Shown: positions 1 through 12,254, counted from the stretch's first letter. The stretch: 52,265 bases of DNA from Nemertoderma westbladi (GCA_032718475.1 JAUCBJ010006579.1:1-52265); one strand, 5' to 3'. Made by a program: numbers and translations. The notes: a model not told the origin generated them from the letters alone.

Positions 1-1421
1 CGTGGCAAGTACTGAAGTACAGTAGTTCAATGAGATATTGTATAAGTACAGTATGTTTATTACTAAACCAGACTTAGACTTAACTATAAATATTTCATTT
101 ACAGTACATTATTGTGATTAAACTAATCCACTTATAAGTTATACTACGGTATTTTTTTATTTTTCTTGCATTTATTATGCGCTGGCAGGCTGGTATTGTA
201 CTATATAATATTATATGGCTTACTCGATTACTAACTGACTATGACTAACACTAGCAGCTTAATTACTGTAGTGTAATATCTGATTACTTTGGAATAATGT
301 CAACCTGAACTTTTTCATGTTAGCAATATTCCATTCTCATTGACTCTGTGTTAAACATGATTAACGTGATTGGTTGCTGCTTAGTCTGTTAGTCTGTTAG
401 TAGCAGCCCCTAGCAGGTTTCGCCGTATCAACGCCTATCTGATGACATCTGATTTAGGGGAGGGAGGTGGTCAACATTTTGGGGAAAAGTGCAGACGTCA
501 TACTTGGACGGCCCCTATGTAATGTTGTGAACGGGGATAAATTATTGTAGGCCGGTGATTTAATTGATGTAATATATCTGTATACTGTATATATATATAA
601 TATAATATACCGGTAGGTCTACAAATATAGCACGTCATTACTACTGGTACCAAAAAGCAAAAACTAGGAATTAGGATAATAAAGATACGAATCTTTAGGG
701 GATTTTCTGTTCGGTGATTCAATTTCAATTCAATTTCAATCCGGGATAGGCCCGGTCCTTTAATTATTCCAAATGCGCAACCCGATAAATTTACAGATAT
801 TACAATATGGAAGCACAATGGCAATTAAACGTGGTATAATCAACTATTTACAGATTTGTTGTATAGGTACTCGAACGGTCAACTGTAGCAATGCTAGTTT
901 AGTAACCGTTGCAGTAAAATAAAGATTATAACACAACATCGGGTTGGCAGTGGGGGGGGGGGGGGGGGGGGGGGCGAGTTGGGGGCTGGGTGGGGGGGGG
1001 GGGGGGGGACTCGATAGCATCAAATTTGCTAAAAAAATTTTAATTTTAATTGAACTTAATTTAATTTTTGAATGCTATTGAAATATTAGCTAATGTATAG
1101 CGGGTGAACCTGCATTGACTTCCCTACAGGAGGAGTACGAGTCAGAATTGAAGCAAGAGAAAAAATCTTACGATGTAGTTAATACAGTAGTTCATATTAA
1201 TTAGTATAAAGTTAGGGAAATACGAGAAATGTATGATAATAAAATAATTCGTTGATTTCGTTTCCGAAAGACAGTTTCCATTTTTTACCTAGGCCTACAC
1301 TCTTCTTACCTTACTCTGTACAGTAGTACTGTAGGCCTACACTAAATAATGCAATGTCCAATAATCTGTGATGACCTTGACCTGCTATGCTACAGTAGCT
1401 ACGTACTGTACACATAGCTTA

Positions 1422-1723
1422 AGGCACGTTCACATCCAACGGAACGGTACACCGCGCGGTGTACCGCAGGGCCAGCGGTAAACCGCTGACTGTGAACGAC
1501 ACAACAGGTAGTTGTGCGCTAAACCGCGCGTTTTACCACAGCCCATTTAAACAATGTTAAAACAATTTCCTGTTGAATTCACAGTCGACAAATAGACAAT
1601 CAGTTACCGCAATGGTACCGTTGGGTGTGGATGGGCTCCGGGTGGGTAGTGAACCACTGGCTTACCGCTTCAATACAGCTAGACTACTTTACCGCTCACG
1701 CACCGTTGGATGTGAACGGGGCT
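1422..1723. mobile_element. PIF/Harbinger-type MITE (302 bp)
   Basis: 21-bp TIRs AGGCACGTTCACATCCAACGG (1422-1442) and CCGTTGGATGTGAACGGGGCT (1703-1723, 2 mismatches), flanked by TTA at 1419-1421 and 1724-1726. A 3-bp TTA/TAA TSD is typical of PIF/Harbinger. No transposase inside. Confidence 0.8.
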
Positions 1724-2169
1724 TTACAGTACCATTAAACGCATTCTCAAAGTATTAATAATGCAGCAGACAGACATAACGGCTCTGTTTATAATCCTGC
1801 GAAAACGATCGGGTTATAGTTGCTCAATTAAAATCAGTCAATATAAATGTGCCAGACATACTGTATAGTTTGTGAGCCAAATCTATTGTCCATCATTCCA
1901 ATACACGAATGTCAGAAATGTTAATCCCTACTTATATAATATTAACTCCAACAATATATTTATATTGGGAGTGTGTGTGTGTTGGGGGGGGGGGGGGGGG
2001 GGGGGGGGTAGGCTTATTATTATTACAATACAGTACATAAAAATATACAAAACAATTAAAGAAAGTAACTCGATATTGATATTAACTCTTAATAGACTCT
2101 ATCTGATCCGATATATTGGCCACTCAAGAAACTCATAATCCTCTAATTCAAGATGACTTTAATAATAAT

Positions 2170-3997
2170 TAATAACTTAGATTACTTAAGCGAAACATAT
2201 CTTTATATTATTGACAGCCATGAACAAACTGTCTCTACAGTACCTCATATCTGAAGCGAATGCACCCGGACCCGCTAATGGAACTGAAATGTTTATACCA
2301 CACAATGATGTATTTAACGCAAGAGGAACCATTACCCGTTTATCCTGACGGCTTTGAATCATGGCGAATCTTTGAATAATTTTTGAGTCATGGAGAATTA
2401 TTGTTAGCAACCGAAGATACCAATACTCCAGAGTATTCGAGATACTTCAGAGTTAGAAATGGGAAAAGCGTTTTAAAATGAGGAATTTCTAGCCGAGATG
2501 GCTGATTTCAGACAAACCATTCATAATAAACACAACATAACTCTTGCTGAACTTCTCATGAAAATAAGAAATGAAATCCAACAAGAACAAACTTTTTAGA
2601 GATTGTAGCTGCAACCGATAAAGGATAATTTTCTGTAACGGCGCTTCAACCTCAGACTCAGACCTTGTCTTATGGATATAAGACTGTAGGTCTTATGTAC
2701 ATCCAGTGCCATGTACGAAAGTTTTCTCGGAACAGTACGGCTGATTTGAAATCATTGAACAGCAGGAACTTTTTTCGGACGATGTTAAGATGATTCCATG
2801 ATCAGCGACGCCCCCATGTGGATCCACTTGTACTGATTGTCATGTATAAATTTATATAATTAATTAGAGTCCGTTAAACTTAGTTAGAGACTACATTCAT
2901 CTATCAATAATATATCCGACATCCAATATACGTTTGTTTGGGGCCTATCCAGTTGGTTATAATAAATTGCTAGATTAGTTCCTAAGTAAATATACATTCC
3001 GTATCCTTTGTAGTTGTAAATCATGTATCTGTTTGAACTCAGTAGAAAATAATGTGTAATGCACCATTTTGTAAAGTTCACTGTCACAATATTGAATATA
3101 GAGTTTACGTTGTTATATTAAAGAAAAACAATTTTCTATTTTGGAACTTCCAGTTGGGGAAAATCCATTATACTGGTGTAGTCAAACTCAAGGTTAAATA
3201 TAGAAATATTGCTTTCTTTCCTAAATAACATTATGTAATAAAATACTATGAAAAATATGTCATGTTAGAAAGACACTATGTCATAAAGTCAGAAGACCCT
3301 CGTGCTGATATGAGTTTTTTCCACTTGGTTAATCCCTTATATATGGTGCAAGTAGAACAACTTCAGCAAGACTCAAATAAAATCATTATAACTCTTTCCG
3401 CAGACCCTTCAACAATCAATGCATTAAAGACAATTTAACACCGTTTTTGAACCTTGAAAGATCTATAAAACAAAACATAGTTCATTGGATCTGGGGATGT
3501 TACATTTGCGGAGAATAAACTGCATGCAATGGTAGATAATGTTATAGTAAATAAACAATTCCCCAGCTGTGACGACATTATAATAGCCAAAGGCATACTT
3601 CTTGAATGCCTGTGGAGCAGACCGCTCGTTGAGAATGGGAGGTACTCTAGCGGCCATCCAACGTTTTGGAGTTATGATTTACGCTAACGTGGACTTGCAA
3701 AGGGTACCAATGCCGTCTTTGACGCTATGTCATTCCGACAGACAGAATTGTTACACGGAAAATTTCGTTAATGCGGAAAACTACATTTGTAGAGCAAAGA
3801 GTCACCCAGTTATGGGTATAGATGCAACAATGTTACCCCACGCTTTATTAAACAACATATTCAATGAGAGTATTTATAAGATTGGATCTGCGGTATATGG
3901 CGATTTGATAAATGACTTTACACCGACGAATGACATTCCGGTCCCCTTCGAGGACTCCCCATTAATAGTCCCATGGGCCGAAGGATGCGTGTTTTAA
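2170..3997 (+). pseudogene. Possible decayed coding sequence of unknown family
   Basis: Successive protein-like open stretches joined by stops and frameshifts (NEEFLAEMADFRQTIHNKHNITLAELLMKIRNE; YYEKYVMLERHYVIKSEDPRAD; GDVTFAENKLHAMVDN...GHPTFWSYDL), ending in ORF 3602-3997. No recognised motif. Confidence 0.3.
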
Positions 3998-4804
3998 CGA
4001 ACAAATGATGAAAAATAAAAAAGAAAAAGAATGAAAAAAAACAAATAATGGAAATGATAATCAACTTCGTAACATAGAACGAACTTCCACTGCACATATA
4101 GCTGAATACATATAACTTTATTAACCATCAATTTATTATTAACTAGAAAGGTTACAACAAATGTATCCTTTGCTTTGGCACAACATAAAAATAATTCTTC
4201 AATACAAATTAATGACGTCACATATATACAAATCGCAAGTAATTGAAACAAACTAGGACATTTTATAACTGTTGAATTTACACTAACTTATCGCGGACAT
4301 TGTCGAGCTTAGCGAGACAAATACGAAAACGAGACAAAAAATTTATATATTTGCCACGACTTATATCGTTTTGTTTGTTGAAAGCCACTTTTTGAAAAAA
4401 AAAACATAAATATCTGCCATCGAAGCTTTTCCATTGTGAAATAACTAAAACGAAAGTGATATTGATATTGAGATTATTGTGATATTATATATATTCTAGA
4501 ATATTAAATGTTGATGGAAACCGCAATTTCATGATTGTTTACAATATAATGTTTACGCTAATTCGACTGAACTTGGTGGGATTGATCGATTTTCCAGTCT
4601 GATTATATACCTTTATGCAATTCAAACTATTTCTTAATATAAATTATTTGCTCTTTGCTAATTTACCGAAACCTCTACCCGTAAATGTTGTAAATAACCA
4701 ATAATTGTGTTGGTCTCTCAGTCCTTTACTTTATTTCATAAAACACACCAATTATATATTCATATAAACTGCTCCATTTACTAACATTGCGCTACTTTAC
4801 TCCC

Positions 4805-5989
4805 TGTTCGCGCTTTTGAAGACCTTTAGCAGTTTAACCTGCCAAAATTTATATGTCTTTTAGTTAATTAACACACCTTTAGCATACGACAATATTTTAT
4901 GCTAATAAACAAAACATTAGCCGAAGCCAGCCCATGCGCGATCATTCACCCGATGGATCTACACCCGGGAGGCTGAATTCGGATGCTTAGATTTTATTAT
5001 TGCAGTGTAAGGTTGCAGTGTAAGCCTACTGTATTATTCGATTGATCGCTAATATGTAATTTCTGACAGATATTATTAACTTTCGGGAAATATTAACAGT
5101 TCCTTTAGGACGTGACGCTCTATCTATTTAAACAGAGCTAGGACTTATACTAAACGCAACGATAAGGCTTATGATTAAAGTATAAGTCGCACTCTTTAGG
5201 AAATGCTTTGTTACCAGTCACATCACACTCACAATCATGCACACTATTCTGCCGACCGTCAGTATATTTGATCACACATAAAGAGAACAGCAATTGACTC
5301 AGGTAGTGTCTACTAAATAACATTAGATTCAATACACACCACATTGATATAAATCGCAATTGTTATATATAGCCCGCCTCTCTAACCTGTAGTGTATCAA
5401 GAAAATTGGGAATTTTGGGTGATTTATCCGTATTCTCCAAAGAGCAATATTTCCATCAACAAATAGATACAATTAATAACTGACGGTAAATAGCAGCACA
5501 AACAATATGATTAGTGCAGTTAAATTAAGTGAGGTAACACCGCCGGTAACAGTTATACTTTCTATAATCTAAGCAGTTTTTGCTAGAGTTGTTCCAAAAG
5601 CCGGTGTTATGGCGAAAAATGGGAACACAACAACAGAAACATGTGACTACTGCTCTATACGAAGATACCAACTCCCTTATTCCACGAAGCTCCCGTTCAA
5701 CACAGAGGATGAGCATAGAGATAGGAAATTCAGTTCAGTAGCGCTGGGATAGGTCGAAATCAACGCCTACGCAAATTCTATTGGCCGACACGGACAGCAA
5801 GGCTTAGGCAACCTCTCTAGGCTAGTTGGCCGATTAAACTGAGCCCAGATATCTCCGTACAGCACATCAGCCAATAAGCCGGTAGCTTGCACTATTTTAG
5901 TTATAAATCCCTTTGAGAGTATTCTAGCGACTGGGGGGGAACTGGCCAGCAAAGGCAAACGTATCAGTTATCTCACAAAAGCTTTTACA
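4805..5989 (-). repeat. 3' LTR (1185 bp)
   Basis: TGTTCGCG...TTTTACA. By eye it differs from the other LTR by a 2-bp indel (~5342) and two substitutions (~5702, ~5973). Confidence 0.95.
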
Positions 5990-5997
5990 CCGCTCCC
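5990..5997 (-). promoter_or_regulatory. Putative polypurine tract
   Basis: Minus strand reads GGGAGCGG immediately before the TG of the 3' LTR. Confidence 0.55.
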
Positions 5998-6067
5998 AGA
6001 AAATGGGATTTAAGTCTATAAAATATACAAAATCACAGTTTCTCAAATACGAAAATACTCTAAACAG

Positions 6068-7357
6068 TTAGTCTTTCATGCGCGGACGGCGTTTACGCAG
6101 TTTTTTAAAGCTAGCCAGAGTCTTTTTCTCTTTGGGGCGAGCCACTTTACAAGGAGGGCTATAACTCCTGGGTGAAGGGTGCAACATGATTGCATCAGAG
6201 GGTATAGGATTATGGTCGGTGTATCCGCCAGTCGAAGTGCCGAGTTGATTTACATCAACGTCGGGGGAGAGGGGTCTAACGGCTTTGAGAGCTCGTTTCA
6301 AGACAGCCGCTCTTACGGGTCCTTTACGAGTGGTCTGAACGAGGGCCGTGGGTGGACCATAGGCAGTTAGAAACTTCCTTGGTTTAATGGTTCTTTCCAA
6401 CTCGCGTTCGCGGGCTCGGTACTCGTAAGGCCGTCGATATACTTCCTGTAACTCGATATGCGTGATTTCTGTTCGACAGAAGCGAATAGATAAGGATGGA
6501 ACGCATAAATTCCTTCGTAAGCGCGTCCAGGATAATAGCGATGGCGCGAATCACGATGTAAATCAGCGTTCGCTTCCCAAGCTCTAATGTAACGTAGTGT
6601 GATCATTTCATCTACGCTTTCCAAATCGCGATTAAAAGGGCAATCGAAACTGGCGTGTCCCTTTAGTGGACAGTGGTGATATTGAGTCATAAATTGAGGG
6701 CAAACCGCAAAAATATGCAAATTATTAAATCTGCAATACGCTCAATAAATTTCCATCGCCGGTTGTTCGTGGAAATAGGAACAGCGGACGTTTGTGTCCA
6801 TGGGCGTAACATGGTCTCTCGATGCGCATAACCGACAACGTTGCCGAGAAACATAGTTGGCATGGCGATAATCGTACGCAGTGAGACACTGTGGACCTTG
6901 ATACCATTCTAGGATGTAATCGTTGTCGCTGTTCCGAGCGCGATAGGCTGAATCTCCTCAGATTCTAGGCATATTGGTTCGTCTTCCCAGTCTGTTACGA
7001 ATAGAATTTTCGTGATCTATTCTCGGTTTATCGTTACGACTCCGCTGGGTATGATATTTAAATAGAACCATTTCCCTTTAGGGTGTCTACATCGTCCGTA
7101 TCATGTAAATCGATAGGATGGCCGGTAGTTAAGAAGTCCATATACGTACCATTACGATGCGTATAGCGAGCGGTTAATTTTCGATAGTCCAATTCACGCG
7201 TAAGTTGCTCTTGGGACATCGGCGGTTCGATATAACGACCATCGTCCTCCGTAATAGTCGGATCGGCTTCACCGCGTATCAAGCTATCCACAAACGCTTG
7301 TAAAGGTAGAGTATATCGCTCTCTAATACCAAGGTCATCTTCTATTAATTCCGTCAT
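6068..7357 (-). pseudogene. Decayed second ORF of the LTR element, multi zinc-knuckle protein with basic tail
   Basis: ORF fragments 7058-7357, 6367-6720 and 6068-6400. Extending the 6367-6720 frame upstream gives CRLCASRDH, (*)AYCRFNNLHIFAVC and YHHCPLKGHASFDC, i.e. intact or one-substitution-damaged CX2CX4-5H(X4C) motifs. Confidence 0.55.
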
Positions 7358-8168
7358 ATCTGCTATCTGAGTTTATTAATATTAGTATGAGTCAATATTT
7401 AGGCAAGCGGGCGTCGCTGCCTACTAGTCTTCGACCCCGGACAGTGGGTTTCTCAGCGCCGATGTACCGTTGTCGCGGTGTTTGCGCCAACATGTAGCAA
7501 CAGCACGACAACGATAATCGACACAAGTCCCACCACTGTCTGTCCCAAAGGCTTGAATCCACTTGAGGTTATCTCGGTAGAGTTAGGCTACTTTACAATT
7601 GCGATTAGCTACTGTAAACACACTTTAGTAGTATCATTCACCTATAAACGCACAAATTCCATACAATCATTACTTACTGCACACATGCAAGCCATTTTGT
7701 CCGTTAGTCATTGTCTTCCAGAATGTCACGTTATTACTATGTATCCTTGGATACTAATAGTGCGCTATGTATTCTCTTATGCTACGCAATGGGGCAAGCC
7801 TTTATTGTTCCTTTAACTTGCTTCTAATTCCAGCGTGGGTGTTGCCATGGTGACATTATGGAAAACTAGCGGTAGAATTAGGGTAATTCTCATGCATACA
7901 GATCTGGGATGTTATTTAATAGTAATTCTTTAATTGTCAATATCCTCTTTATGCATGATTTTATAAATTTTATCGGCTATTGACTATATGTTGGAGATTC
8001 TCACACTCTAATACACTCAATATGAATCTCCGCTCCCATGATCTATTAATTACTGGAATTTTGGGAATGTTATAAATTGCACAAAATGACAATTTATGAA
8101 ATTCATTTGAATATGAATTTAAATTTATTCCCGTGAATTTTATTATTTGATGTTAAATTGACACAAAT

Positions 8169-8458
8169 TTTATTCCAGAGCATATCTGGGGACTTAGGAT
8201 CCTTAATTCTATAAAATAGTCCTTCTAAGAATATCGGTAAATACTGCGATATCTTAATTGACTAGAAATTTTAAAGGATCGGGATTTTACAGATTTTAAT
8301 AAATATTAAATTAATATTTAGGATGGGCACCGATTTATTCCAGAACTTGTCTGGGGACATTAACCACTGATTCTAGAATTTGTCTTTCAAGTATATCGGT
8401 GGGTGCCACGATATCTTAATCGACTAGAATTACAGAAGGTCAAAAGTTTAACAGATTT
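8169..8458. repeat. Diverged direct duplication (~130 bp x2) inside the LTR element
   Basis: TTTATTCCAGA...TCTGGGGAC...TATCGGT...CGATATCTTAAT.GACTAGAA...ACAGATTT at ~8169 and ~8334. Confidence 0.7.
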
Positions 8459-8980
8459 ATTTGCGATTTACGCTACTGTTAGAGGGACATCACGCTACTA
8501 TATGTATTATTTGTTATAAGGTAGAAGAGCAATATCGCACGAAGCAATGTCAGTGTGAAGAGGCAAGTCGTTTCCAAGGTCTACCCAGAGCTTGGTTTAG
8601 CCGAGACACGAGGATCTGAACTTTGCATTCCTAATACTCTGCCTACCAATAATACTTAAATATAGTAGCGGCTTTATTGTACTTTAATAAGTACGGACAT
8701 TTCATCTTACTGTAGTCACGTATTTATAATATGATACGGACAGTAAGGAAAGAGAAAAAATAATTATTTCTCGCCGTCGCACTAAATATATATTATAAAT
8801 AATTACGTACGTAATAAACACTAATATATTGCACTAATCTACTAAATAATCCCTAAAATAACATTCTACCAAATAAAATTAAAGAAAACGATTATAATAA
8901 TATTACATAATAATACATACATAAATATAAAATAAAAACAAATATAAAATGATATAGTCACACACCCACTCCATATGTTA

Positions 8981-11900
8981 TTACGTTATGGAGTCCCTAG
9001 ATATTTGTCGGATTAGGGAAGTGGTCGTAGGAAGAGTATCTTGCCTTCCATAGTTTCCGGACAGTTTTTGGTCTCTTTCCAGTAAACATAAACGACCAGC
9101 TGGGTGATTGGGTTGTCGTGTTACTTTCTCCGCTCCCTTGGCCTGTCTACTCTCCGCCGTGGTAAGATGAGGAGGCCATTCATCTTCTTCTTTACTTAGG
9201 GAGTCGGGTCCACCTAACCAGCCGGGAGTATCTATCCGTTCTTGAGGAGTCGCTCCTCTGGAAGCGATGTCGGCTAGATTAATCATCTCGGGGCGATGTC
9301 TCCATTGATCTTCATTGGAGTTAATATCGTCATTATCTGAGGAGTATGGTGTTCCCTCAGTTAGTTCGTCCACTTCACTGCTCTCCACTTCCCAACCATT
9401 TATCTGGCATATTCTTTCTGGTGGTAGTCTCTCTTCGAGAGTTCTGCGGGAAGGGCCAGTAAAGTACCAACCTACTCTAGTTCTTACCGCATAGGTTTGT
9501 AGTGGCTGCGGTTGAGCAGGTCGTTTTTCCAATGTCTCGAGCGCCTCGTGCGCGTTTTGGCCGATAAGTATTTGCACTCCAGGATAATCCGTCTGGAATC
9601 GAGGTATTTTAAGTTGTTGGATGCTCTTGTCCTCGTTCCAGTTATAAGGCTCTACTTGGGTATTAGCGAAGTTCTTTATAGCTACCATTTTTACTGACCT
9701 TATACTTTGTTCTCCTAATTTATCCTGTGGGGTGGACAACGCACCTACATAGTAATCTGCCGTTATGGTAGATTTCCAAACCTGTATAACTCCTGACATA
9801 TTTAACTTAGTTCGGAATTTGGGTTGTCCAGCAAAGATGTCTTCGGCTAGTTCTTGATCGATGAATGTTCCTGTACTGCCGGAGTCAAGGAGGGCATTCA
9901 CTATGTAACCTTTGTTAGGACCCTGAACTCTTACCTGCACTACAGGAAATTCTCTAATTCCTACGTTGGAAGTTGAAGGTTTCCAGGATGGTTGTCTGTC
10001 AAAGTTAGTTGGGGAGAACTCATTGTCGGTGTCCTTTTCGTAAGTAAGTGCTCGATACACTGCGGTATTTATTAGGTAACAGGATTCGTTGGCGTCGGAG
10101 AATTCGTCCGTATAGAATCCTTCCCACTCAGAACTTTGGTCAGTGTCGTTCACATCACTGAATTGGACATGTGATTTGGGCTCACTTACCTGACTCGGGC
10201 TGTTTCGTTCGAATTCACTTTGTAACAAGATGTGATGTTTCGCACCGCACTTTGCACACTTTATGTCGGAGTAACAGGTTCGCCGCTGGTGTCCGCGTCT
10301 GAGGCAATTATAGCATAACCGCTTGTCCCACACAACTGTACGTCTGTCTACAAGGGATTTCTTTAGGAATTCCGCACACGCACTCAAACGGTGGGGCCCG
10401 TCGCACAGCGCACAGTTTGGTTTAATGTTACTCACTTTACCTTGGGTGACGTTATGCACTCTAGTTCTTTCTTCGGGCTTTCTTCCGTGTACTCTGTTAG
10501 GAAACTGAAGAGGAGTCTTATCAACCTGTTCTCTCCTGTCATGGGTTCGAGCTTTAGATTTACTTACGTTCTTTGAGGTCTTGTTAACATAGTAAAATTT
10601 CTCGGTGTCTTTCTCGCTGTCTTCTTCTTGAGAAGCTTGGCTTTCGCCGTCATCAGTATAACACACCGGTGTTACTCTTCTCCTAGAAACGGGTTTCTCA
10701 CTTACCTTATTTTCCGGTGTTTTCTCTCTGGATTGCTTTAGGAGTTGTAATTTAACTTCGCCATCCAAGAATGACATGAGATCAGCCATGGTAGGGTCTC
10801 GTTGTTGTTGTTCCATCGTATATAACACCTTCTTGTCCCAGCGTGTACCTACTCCACCCTTGGGCAAAGTAGATGCTAAGGCTCCTACAACCATAGAATT
10901 CTGGTATTCATGAGACTTACCTAACCAATCTAGTTGTCTACAGATCTCCTGAATCTCATCGGAAAACTCTATAATCCCGCTGCTAAGAAACTTTCGGGGG
11001 GCCATTAATTTCGTATATAAATACCTAGCTATGTTATTCCTATTACCATACCTGATGTTTAGTGTATCCCAAACTTGTCTTAATCCATCTGGATGTCCAA
11101 TAAATTTTAACGCCATTGACTTGGGAGGTCCTTCCAAACACTCGATGAGGAATCTAAGTTTCTCTCCGTTGGATAACACAGAGTTCTGTATGTTATCTTT
11201 ATAATATTCATTAAAAGGTAACCATTTCATCTCATCTCCATTGAACTTGACTATCTCTCCAACCTTTACCGCTTGACGGGCTTCGGTTCTAGCCATTTGA
11301 CGCGTAAAACTTTCTTGGGCCATCGTGTTATTGAATATCGAGTTATCGGTATATAAATTTCTCGAATTATTATCAAGTCTATTGGGAATGTCATTAACAA
11401 CAGGCGTATAATCACCCTTAATAGGGTTTGCTATAGGAGTTTCTACTTCACTAGCAGTATAGATGCGTGTAGGCTCCACACCTTGCGCATGTAATACTTC
11501 AGACCTAACAGGCTGACACACTGTTACAGGGGTTATTGGTATTCCCTTTTGTAGGTTGACTAATTTGTCGCATTCTAGTGCGATACTTTGCTGCACTTTT
11601 TGCAACTCTAACCTACTTTCCCTTACTGTTCCCTTGAGCTGCTGAACAGTCTCTTCCATTTCCCTGACCTGCTGAGAGGAGCACAAACAGTGTTCCCTCA
11701 GCTGCTCGAGCAGGAGACCCATCTCCCGTCGTCCCTCAGCTACCCACTCAACCGCCGAAGCGGGAGTCGCCAACGTAGTAGCGGGCGAGCGAGAGACGAC
11801 GGGCGATAAATTCTTGATGCCTCGCTTGGCGTCCAGGACGGGTTCGGACTCGGGAACAGTCCTACTGGGCACAGGTAGTCTTCTGGTTTGTTTCTTCAAG

Positions 11901-12130
11901 TAATCTTGTTTCGCCTGAAGGTTTTCCAGCTCTAGTTGGATAGTCGCTTCAGACGTCTTCCGTTCTGCTTCTGCCACTGCCTCTGCCGCTTTTCTTTCTG
12001 CTTCTGTCGCTGCTACTTTTCTTTCCGCTTCTTTTCTGTCTTCTCTCCTTTCAAGACACTGTCCAAGTCGACGACTCATTCTAAAACCCTCTAAGAGACT
12101 ATCTGACAATGTTTGTGTTGTGTCAGACAT
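8981..12130 (-). CDS. BEL/Pao Gag + aspartic protease + RNase H C-terminal remnant (1049 aa); RT and integrase absent
   Basis: N-terminal coiled coil; DUF1759-like capsid (KFNGDEMKWLPF...GEKLRFLIECLEG...WDTLNIRYGN); three Cys-His knuckles (CALCDGPHRLSAC, CYNCLRRGHQRRTC, CAKCGAKHHILL); protease ALLDSGSTGTFI...ILIG; then QWRHRPEMINLADIASRG...WLGGPDSL...EWP, resembling the BEL RNase H end. No YVDD or integrase motifs. Confidence 0.92.
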   Translation of the reverse strand: MSDTTQTLSDSLLEGFRMSRRLGQCLERREDRKEAERKVAATEAERKAAEAVAEAERKTSEATIQLELENLQAKQDYLKKQTRRLPVPSRTVPESEPVLDAKRGIKNLSPVVSRSPATTLATPASAVEWVAEGRREMGLLLEQLREHCLCSSQQVREMEETVQQLKGTVRESRLELQKVQQSIALECDKLVNLQKGIPITPVTVCQPVRSEVLHAQGVEPTRIYTASEVETPIANPIKGDYTPVVNDIPNRLDNNSRNLYTDNSIFNNTMAQESFTRQMARTEARQAVKVGEIVKFNGDEMKWLPFNEYYKDNIQNSVLSNGEKLRFLIECLEGPPKSMALKFIGHPDGLRQVWDTLNIRYGNRNNIARYLYTKLMAPRKFLSSGIIEFSDEIQEICRQLDWLGKSHEYQNSMVVGALASTLPKGGVGTRWDKKVLYTMEQQQRDPTMADLMSFLDGEVKLQLLKQSREKTPENKVSEKPVSRRRVTPVCYTDDGESQASQEEDSEKDTEKFYYVNKTSKNVSKSKARTHDRREQVDKTPLQFPNRVHGRKPEERTRVHNVTQGKVSNIKPNCALCDGPHRLSACAEFLKKSLVDRRTVVWDKRLCYNCLRRGHQRRTCYSDIKCAKCGAKHHILLQSEFERNSPSQVSEPKSHVQFSDVNDTDQSSEWEGFYTDEFSDANESCYLINTAVYRALTYEKDTDNEFSPTNFDRQPSWKPSTSNVGIREFPVVQVRVQGPNKGYIVNALLDSGSTGTFIDQELAEDIFAGQPKFRTKLNMSGVIQVWKSTITADYYVGALSTPQDKLGEQSIRSVKMVAIKNFANTQVEPYNWNEDKSIQQLKIPRFQTDYPGVQILIGQNAHEALETLEKRPAQPQPLQTYAVRTRVGWYFTGPSRRTLEERLPPERICQINGWEVESSEVDELTEGTPYSSDNDDINSNEDQWRHRPEMINLADIASRGATPQERIDTPGWLGGPDSLSKEEDEWPPHLTTAESRQAKGAEKVTRQPNHPAGRLCLLERDQKLSGNYGRQDTLPTTTSLIRQISRDSIT

Positions 12131-12254
12131 TTCGCTTTATACAGTTGGATGCCTACTGCTATATATACAGTTAAAGCAAGTCTAGTAATTCAGTATCACT
12201 GCTAGCCTAATAATTAATTACCGATACTGCTACTCAATGTAGCGTGATATATAT

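Noticed and set aside
498-2138. Short ORFs at 498-824, 1573-1758 and 1872-2138
   Set aside because: No motifs; they overlap AT-rich sequence, a MITE or a poly-G run.
5150-5958. Short ORFs repeated at 14658-15468
   Set aside because: They lie within the LTRs; duplication reflects LTR identity, not coding conservation.
8550-8650. Possible integrase C-terminal remnant (ECKVQILVSRLNQALGRPWKRL, minus strand)
   Set aside because: Only faint resemblance to the BEL integrase tail, flanked by stops; cannot be supported without a profile search.
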